Origin: Eledone cirrhosa
Taxonomy: Eukaryota
Direction: 5' to 3'
Length of the DNA: 64,000 bases
Assembly: GCA_964016885.1 (NCBI GenBank)
Contig: OZ024746.1
Location: forward strand, 28,272,001 to 28,336,000
The notes under the pieces were generated by a model. The model was not told where the DNA came from, did no database searches, and saw nothing but the letters and a program-made list of their open reading frames with translations. Shown here in pieces: positions 56,638-64,000 of this stretch. Both the position numbers and the translations under genes were made by a program. How positions within the stretch are numbered: position 1 is the first letter of the stretch; each line of letters begins with the position of its first letter.

Positions 56638-58109
56638 TCTTGTGTGTAGGCTTGTGTTTATATATATATATGTTTGTGATGTTAATTTTTGCCTTCTCTA
56701 TACATAAAGTATTATCGGTTTCTACATATCAAAAATATCGATCAGTCACTTAAAAGATCACAAATTTATGAGGAGAGGGCGGGGTGGGGTGGGGTGGGGT
56801 GGGGTTTTGGGGAATAACTTCAATTAAGTAAATATATAGTATATATATTATTGATTCTCGAGTGACGGGGATGGATGTTAGACAGGAACTCTTTAGGGTT
56901 TGAAACCTGAGCGTAGATAGCTGTACTTAGATAACACAACTACACTTCCTTCCATAGTTTACGCTTCTGTTAATCCTTACCGTTTTGTTCTCATATTTAA
57001 GATATTGTATTGTGACCATCCTGGGTACCAGATAAGAAGCTAAACACCAACGTTTCTTCTAACCTTTTTTTTTTATCTAACTTCCCTCCTCATCCACCTC
57101 CTCCCACCACTACTAATTTTAGAATATATATAGTCATGTACTGTCAGGGGTAGTCATGTGCTGTCAGTCGCTTTACGCCTAACGAACCTTCTGGCTTAAG
57201 ACAGACTTTAGAGACTTAGATTTTTTTCATTGATCTGTTAAACATAATTGTGGTTTTGATGATTTCACTCGCGGTTATTCGACTATAACTCTTTCAGTTG
57301 GTCAATTAACGGAACTACCTGCTCATGAAATACCTGGCACATCAACTGACTCCTGTATCCTTAAAGTAATTCTCAGGGAGATTCATCACGATACTGTGTG
57401 AAAGATGGTTAAACGTTTGAATTACAGGTACAGTCAATCTTGTATGTATCTTGTGCAAGTGGCTGGCCATTACACAGACACGTGTATCCTTGATGTGGTT
57501 TTCTGGGAGACTTACAATGACAGCGCGTGTGACATACGGGGTCTAATGAATTACAGGTATAGCCAATCTAATGGAAAAAAAATAACAACATCAGCAGCAA
57601 CAACAACAGATACAACAACGACAACAACAATTACAACTACAACACCAATAATAACAACAGCGACAAAGATTACAACAGCAACAACGACAACAACGATGAC
57701 AACAACGATGACAACAACACCAACGACGACAACGATAACAACAACAACGACGACAACTACAATGACATGAATATCAGAAACAAGGACAATAATGTTTCCA
57801 ATATCATAATTCCATTCCTATCTACTAGGTATATCAAACCACACTCAGGAGGTTACAATGATTCTAGAGAACATCTGAACATATTCGGAAACTTATCATT
57901 ACAGTATAGAAATAAATATTTTCAAACCTTTACCCATACATACACACACACATACACACACACACACATACACAAACATATATGAATATATATATGCGGC
58001 CAATTGATGTGAAGGGACTGCGGTGTCTTTCGTTTGTTTTTCCGTTGTATTCGCCCACCTTTTTTCATAGTGGACACTTTTTTAAACTGATATATATATA
58101 TATATATAT

Positions 58110-58531
58110 ATAATATAAGATCAAAAGATGGTTAAAGGAGTTCCATGTATTTTATTATGCGCATTTCAAAATCAAACATCATCATGCAATAATATTTGTG
58201 TTTTCATCAGATAAAACAGGAGAACATGATATGAAGGCTAAAAAACACTTTTGGATAGTGCAGTTTTAAATCAACATATGATATGTTGATTTAAAACTGC
58301 ACTATCCACAAGTGTTTTTTAGCCTTCATATCATGTTCTCCTGTTTTATCTGATGAAAACACAAATATTATTGCATGATGATGTTTGTTTTTGAAATGCG
58401 CATAATAAAATACATGGAACTCCTTTAACCATCTTTTGATCTTATATTATGTATACTCCAGTCCTACAAACTGTAGAGTGCTTCTTATCCGATATCTGCA
58501 TTGCTTTATTGTACTACAATAAAACTCACCT

Positions 58532-58540
<9 letters not shown>
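58110..58540. mobile_element. Fold-back PLE-type terminus (~170-bp arms, 58110-58450) with unique tail, between (TA)n
   Basis: Centred ~58280; the tail is the reverse complement of ~52852-52900. Confidence 0.8.
58342..58412 (+). ncRNA. Canonical-core minimal type I hammerhead (mirror copy 58148-58218, minus strand)
   Basis: TGTTTTAT-CTGATGA-long stem II-GAAA-TGCGCA-TA^ATAAAATA; stem III ATGCGCAT is palindromic. Confidence 0.85.
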
Positions 58541-58589
<49 letters not shown>

Positions 58590-58591
<2 letters not shown>

Positions 58592-58935
58592 AACGAGTAA
58601 GACCCCGACGGCTGAGCTCAAGCCGTTTCGACGGCTAATTCTGGACTAAATTAGTCCATATATATAACGAAGGAAATGTGGTAAGGAACCAGGTGGACCA
58701 TAACTACCCTAAGTATTGAGTACTTTGGTGCGTTATGGTCCACCTGGTTCCTTACCACATTTCCTTCGTTACATATATATATATATATATATATATAGCC
58801 GTCTAAACGGCTTGAGCTCTGCCGTCGGGGTCAAACATTTTCCTATTATTCCTATTACCCACTCTACTACCCTAAGTATTGAGTACTGTGGTGCGTTATG
58901 CTCCACCTGGTTCCTCACCACACCTCCTTCGTTAT
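58590..58935. mobile_element. Cluster of family-A fragments in both orientations
   Basis: Pieces at 58590-58655 (-), hairpin 58666-58771, and 58796-58933 (+). Confidence 0.8.
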
Positions 58936-59322
58936 ATATATGTATGTATGTATATATATATATATATATATATACATATATATATGTATTCACGTTCATT
59001 CACATGATGTCAATTTGTGTATTGAAAATTATCAGTTTCGACATGTCCAATATATCGATTCTTTAAGTACAAGTGCACTAATTTGCAAAAGACGGGTGTA
59101 ATCGATTGATATTATACCTGATAATTCTTCTGCAGATTCCACACATACACTCACGTGATGGTAGGCATGCAAAGACACACACACACACACACACACATGA
59201 TATGACCACAGTTTGATATCGCAGTGGGTCTATATTATACATAAACATATTGTATATGGGTTTATATTCTGAATCAAGCCGTGTCTGTGCTATTCTTAAT
59301 TAATATTATTTCTATCATATAA

Positions 59323-59512
59323 GGACGGTGGATTGGCAGTATCGGTAGAGGGTTGGATGTCATGCTTTGCACCATAGGTTTAGGGCCCTTTACGATCTGA
59401 GTTCAAATCCTGCCGAGGTTATCTTTGCCTTTCATCCTTACGGAGTCGATAAAATAAATCACCAGTAATGCATGGGGGTAATTGCTGACCTTCTGCCAAA
59501 AGGGGGAATAAT
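59323..59512 (+). mobile_element. Diverged SINE
   Basis: Matches SINE consensus. Confidence 0.8.
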
Positions 59513-60119
59513 TTTTTTGCATCATCCCTAGATATTTGGTCCAACTATCAGCATTCATAAACCAAATCCCGCCGAGGACAATTTTGACCTTTATCTTTTC
59601 GACGTTGATGAATAAAATACCAGTCTAGTATTGGGGTCAAATATCCTCCCTCGCTTCCTCTCTCTTTCTCTTTGAAGAAGTCGACTGTTTTCAGACTTCA
59701 AGCTTGATGGGAGCTATCGAGGTTAACCAATTTCCACGACAACACCCCTACGACTCCATCTTGAGACCAGATGCTATTCATGGCCAAATTAAAGATGGTG
59801 TTTCAAACAAACCTACTATGTTCTAGTTAGCAACATCCACTTTTTAAAATTTTCATTCATAACTTCCTGTACTACATGAAACCACATTAGCAAGGCATTT
59901 TTGAAAAGTGTAAACAACATTATGGCTGCATCACATTAAAACTTAAAGTCTTTTCGATTCTGTCCAGTTGTAAAGATAAACATTTTAAATATTTTCTACT
60001 AAATCAGAGTTAAACATTGTCATTGCACCAACTTAGTTGAACTATACTCCGCCCTACCACTTATTATAAATGCCCTGATAAATCCACCTACACATACAAA
60101 TGAGTTGAAACATTGTTTC

Positions 60120-60620
60120 TCTTTACCAGATAAAATGAGATCTACCAGCCTTATTCCCCTTTCCCAGATGAAAGTATCTGTACCAAGCTTACTCTCCTTC
60201 CCAGATAGATGAAGTTATCTGTAACAAACTTATCTCTCCTTCCCAGAGGAAGTAAGATCTATCAATGCTTACCCCCCACCTTCCCAGATGAACTCATCTG
60301 TAACAAAGCTTGCCCTTTCCCGAATTAAGATATCTGTAACAAAGCTTTCTACCCCTTTCTAAATGAAGTTATCTGTAACAAGCTTATCTGCTTTTCCCAG
60401 ATGAAGTAAGATCTACCAAGCTTACCCACCTTCCCAGATGTCATCTGTAACAAAGCTTACCACACCTTCCCAGATGAAGTCATTTCTACCAAGCTTACAT
60501 CCCCTTTCCAGATGAAGTAAGCTCTAACAACCTTAACTCCCCTTCCTAGATGAAGTAAGCTGTAGCAAGCTTACCTCCCCTCCCCAGATCAAGTTATCGC
60601 TAACAAGCTTACCATTCCAC
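60120..60620. repeat. ~38-40-bp minisatellite
   Basis: Repeated CTTCCCAGATGAAGTTATCTGTAACAAAGCTTAC. Confidence 0.85.
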
Positions 60621-60770
60621 CTTTCTCATAATTCTTTCACTTTCTTATTACTTCTTAAATCTTATTTGAGCTATCTAAATCTTGCGCGCATACATTTCCA
60701 TTTTCATCATTATATCTAATATTTCTGTGCATATGCTCACACCCACCCACACACACACAGACACACACAA

Positions 60771-60826
<56 letters not shown>

Positions 60827-61217
60827 TTAGGTATCCACTTCTTAAAGAGTGGGACTGAGAGGGAAAGATAGATATTAAGAGATTCACAGGAGAAGAAAAT
60901 AAAAGAAACGTTATTATGTATCAACGAACACACCGGTATTTCAAGCAGTATGTTAATTAGCTTTTTACTGGTATCAGGTGTTCCATTGTTAGCTGGTTGC
61001 CAGGGACTACGATTGTGACCCTCATCTATCTTTGCAACAAGATCAACAGTTAATTTCTAAGTATGTTGCACTGATATCTTTCCTCATTGATAGATTTGAA
61101 CAATGATACATTTTAAAAACATTTTATTTGATTCTTCATCGTATTTAGCAATTCAGAGAGAAATGTACATTCTCTGAATCCAACTGGGGTTAACGTCGCT
61201 CCATCTGTCCTGCAATA

Positions 61218-61406
61218 ATTGATTCTACTATTGGCACAAAGCCACCAATTACCCAGTGCCTTACTGGTACTTTATTTTATCGACCCCGTAAAGATGAAAG
61301 GCAAAGTTAACCCCGGCGGGATTTGAACTCAGAATAGCAAGGGACGTAACTCTATGCGTCAAAGCATGGCGTCCGACCCTCTACCGATACTGCCAATCCA
61401 CCGCCC
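61218..61406 (-). mobile_element. SINE
   Basis: Matches the reverse complement of the SINE consensus. Confidence 0.85.
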
Positions 61407-61419
61407 TGTGTCTTGCAAT

Positions 61420-61710
61420 AATGAACGCAGACATAGCAGAATGGTTAAAAAAGTCATTTGCAATCATATGGTTCCAAGATCGATCGCTCTGTGTGGCTTA
61501 TTGGGTAATTATCATTTACCGTCGTGTAATTCGAAGGAACAAACTTGTCACATTCTGTGTCACGCTGAATCTCCCTGAGAACTACGTTAAGGGTACGCGC
61601 GTTTGGAGAATGCTCAGCCACTTGCAAGTGAATTTCATGAGCTGGTTGTTTCGTTGATCCGATCAACTGGAACACTTGACGTCGTAACCGACGGAGTGCC
61701 AGTTATCATT
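61420..61710 (+). repeat. Interspersed repeat family (GCTGAATCTCCCTGAG core); opposite-strand relatives at ~49080-49340, 50200-50640 and 57300-57565
   Basis: Shared CTCAGGGAGATTCAGC motif; the opposite-strand relatives also share TGAATTACAGGT-like motifs. Confidence 0.6.
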
Positions 61711-62315
61711 TACCGTAGCCCATGGATGACCCAAATATTCGAAATGGAACTGTTTAGAATCTCGACAGATTCCCTGCAATTGTAGCTCAAATGGCTAGCA
61801 TTGTCACACACTATGTCACAGTGAATCACGCTCAGAATTACGTAATGGGTACACATGCTTGTGAAATGCTCAGCCACTCACACTATATTATAAAACGGAC
61901 TGTATAATTCAAAATGTGGGCAGGATACCTCAGTTTTATCATAAACATGACAACTCCCTAATGTGGGGGATCAACATGATAATAAGTCCCAGTACATCCG
62001 ATAAAGTAGATGGCAATAACAAGAAAATCTGTCCCTAGAAAACGGGGCAAACAAAGTGCCAAGAGGAGTCGTCAGTTTAATCAAAGACTTAACAACTTCC
62101 TCGGAACGAGTGCCATTTTAAAATGCGCTCGGTAGAGCAGGGAAACATGTGTAAGCGAGATGTGAGCTCTCAGCCCATCTAAGAGGTGAAAGGCTCCGTT
62201 TGAGAACTAACTCGGTCTGTGTCGTATCATCTAACCACGGCTAGCTGGAAAAAACGGAAGTTAAATGATGAAGATGATGTTGACTCACACTAACATTATG
62301 TGTGTGTGTGTGTGT

Positions 62316-62346
<31 letters not shown>

Positions 62347-62483
62347 CGTGTGTTTATACGACTTTGTATGTATGTATATATGTATATATACATATATATA
62401 TGAATATATATGTATGTGAATGTGTATATATTGTACATGTATAAGTGTACCTTATATATATATGTGAGCGCTTATATGATTTT

Positions 62484-62517
<34 letters not shown>

Positions 62518-62536
62518 GAAGGTGTATGTATGTTTA

Positions 62537-62606
<70 letters not shown>

Positions 62607-64000
62607 TTGGTGTGTGGAAACGTTTGGAAAGGAATGGTATTAAAGATAAGAACAATAGTGAATGTCAGGAAACGGTGGTATGGGTGGTGGTGGTGGTTGA
62701 TGTGGTGGTGGTGGTATGGCTGGTGGTTAATGTGGTGGTGGTGGTGGTATGGCTGGTGGTTAATGTGGTGGTGGTGGTATGGCTGGTGGTGGGGGTAGGA
62801 GTGGTGGTGGTAGGAGTGGTGTTGGTTGGGGAGTTAAATCCAAGCAACATCAATATTCTGTACACGGATATCAACACTCACATCTAGTGGAACCTTAGAA
62901 TATTGCCCCCACATCACACACACACACACACACACACTCACACATACACACACACACACACTCTCTCTCACACACACACACACATATTTATATATATACT
63001 TACATACACGCACGCACGCATGCATACATACATACATGTACATGCATACACTTGCACACATATATATATACATACACATAGATATATGCATACACACACC
63101 GATATATACATACATGCATATACAATCATATACATTCATGTACACAGACACATATATACACACACACACACACATGTACGTGGTTGGTTCTTATTATATT
63201 TTACGTGCCAGATCAGCATCAGGCCATGTTGAATTTAGGCCGCTTAGGATTATGACAATAAAAGCACTGCACCTTACTTATACTTCCTCTATTTCCCCGC
63301 TCCAAAAGCACGCTTTTATTCACTCTCTAAATCTCTCCCTCTCTATCTTTTATCTCTCCCCTTTTCGACATACATATTACTTAAACTAGTTCTGTTTTCT
63401 CCAAACACATTCTTATTCTCTCTCTCGACACACATATATTACTTCTACTACCACTATTCCCCCAAACACACTCTTCTCTCTCTTGCCTTATATTTCTACA
63501 TATATTACATATACTCACTCTATTTTCCTTCCAAACACTCGTTTATTCCATGACCCATATATTCCACACACACATATATATTACTTTCACTTGAACTGCC
63601 ATCTCCATCTCCGACACACCGTTGGTTTATCTATCTATCTCTCGACATACATAGATTGATTGTACTATCCCTATAAACCCCCAGCCCGAACACCCCCACC
63701 CCCCACACGCGCGCACACACACGCACACACCGAAACACACACAGGCAGAGAAACACACACACATCCGCACACACATATATATATATATATTAATTATATT
63801 TCCCCTATTTCTCCCACACCTTAGACACGCATATCCTCTGCCCTTGTCCCTTTCGACATACATATATAGAGTTTCGTGTTGGGTAAATAGACAAAAAAAA
63901 AAATAAAATAAGAAACAATAAGGAAGAAAATGTATACAACTGAATGATTAGACAATCTTCTAAGCTATAAACATTGGCGAATGCAAACACAGGGTTTGTT

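Noticed and set aside
60120-60620. Tandem CAGATGA units as a ribozyme or CRISPR-like array
   Set aside because: No recurring GAAA or stem III, no unique spacers, eukaryotic context; an ordinary minisatellite.

Overview
Repeat-dominated eukaryotic DNA with no recognisable host protein-coding gene. The very dense (TA)n/(CA)n/(ATT)n microsatellites and the tRNA-headed SINE family suggest an octopod cephalopod (inference). Most listed ORFs are microsatellite artefacts. Real coding remnants are all from transposable elements: a near-full-length L1-clade Tx1-like retrotransposon (27.4-33.3 kb) plus decayed copies, an R4/Dong-like restriction-like-endonuclease retrotransposon in (TAA)n (35.8-39.5 kb) plus fragments, Penelope-like element (PLE) RT/GIY-YIG pieces, an RTE fragment with a 5' inversion and TSD, a Tc1/mariner end and a non-autonomous Helitron. 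The main hidden signal is about 18 hammerhead-ribozyme-like motifs, identified by eye, in roughly eight sequence families. They sit in PLE-type termini embedded in (TA)n and are repeatedly arranged as fold-back palindromes. Several carry family-fixed core variants: a U3-A8 swap, U4A and U4C. There is also evidence that the SINE re-inserts at the same target sequence and may share a 3' end with the Tx1 LINE. Coordinates were counted by hand and are approximate to a few bases; no folding or database search was run.
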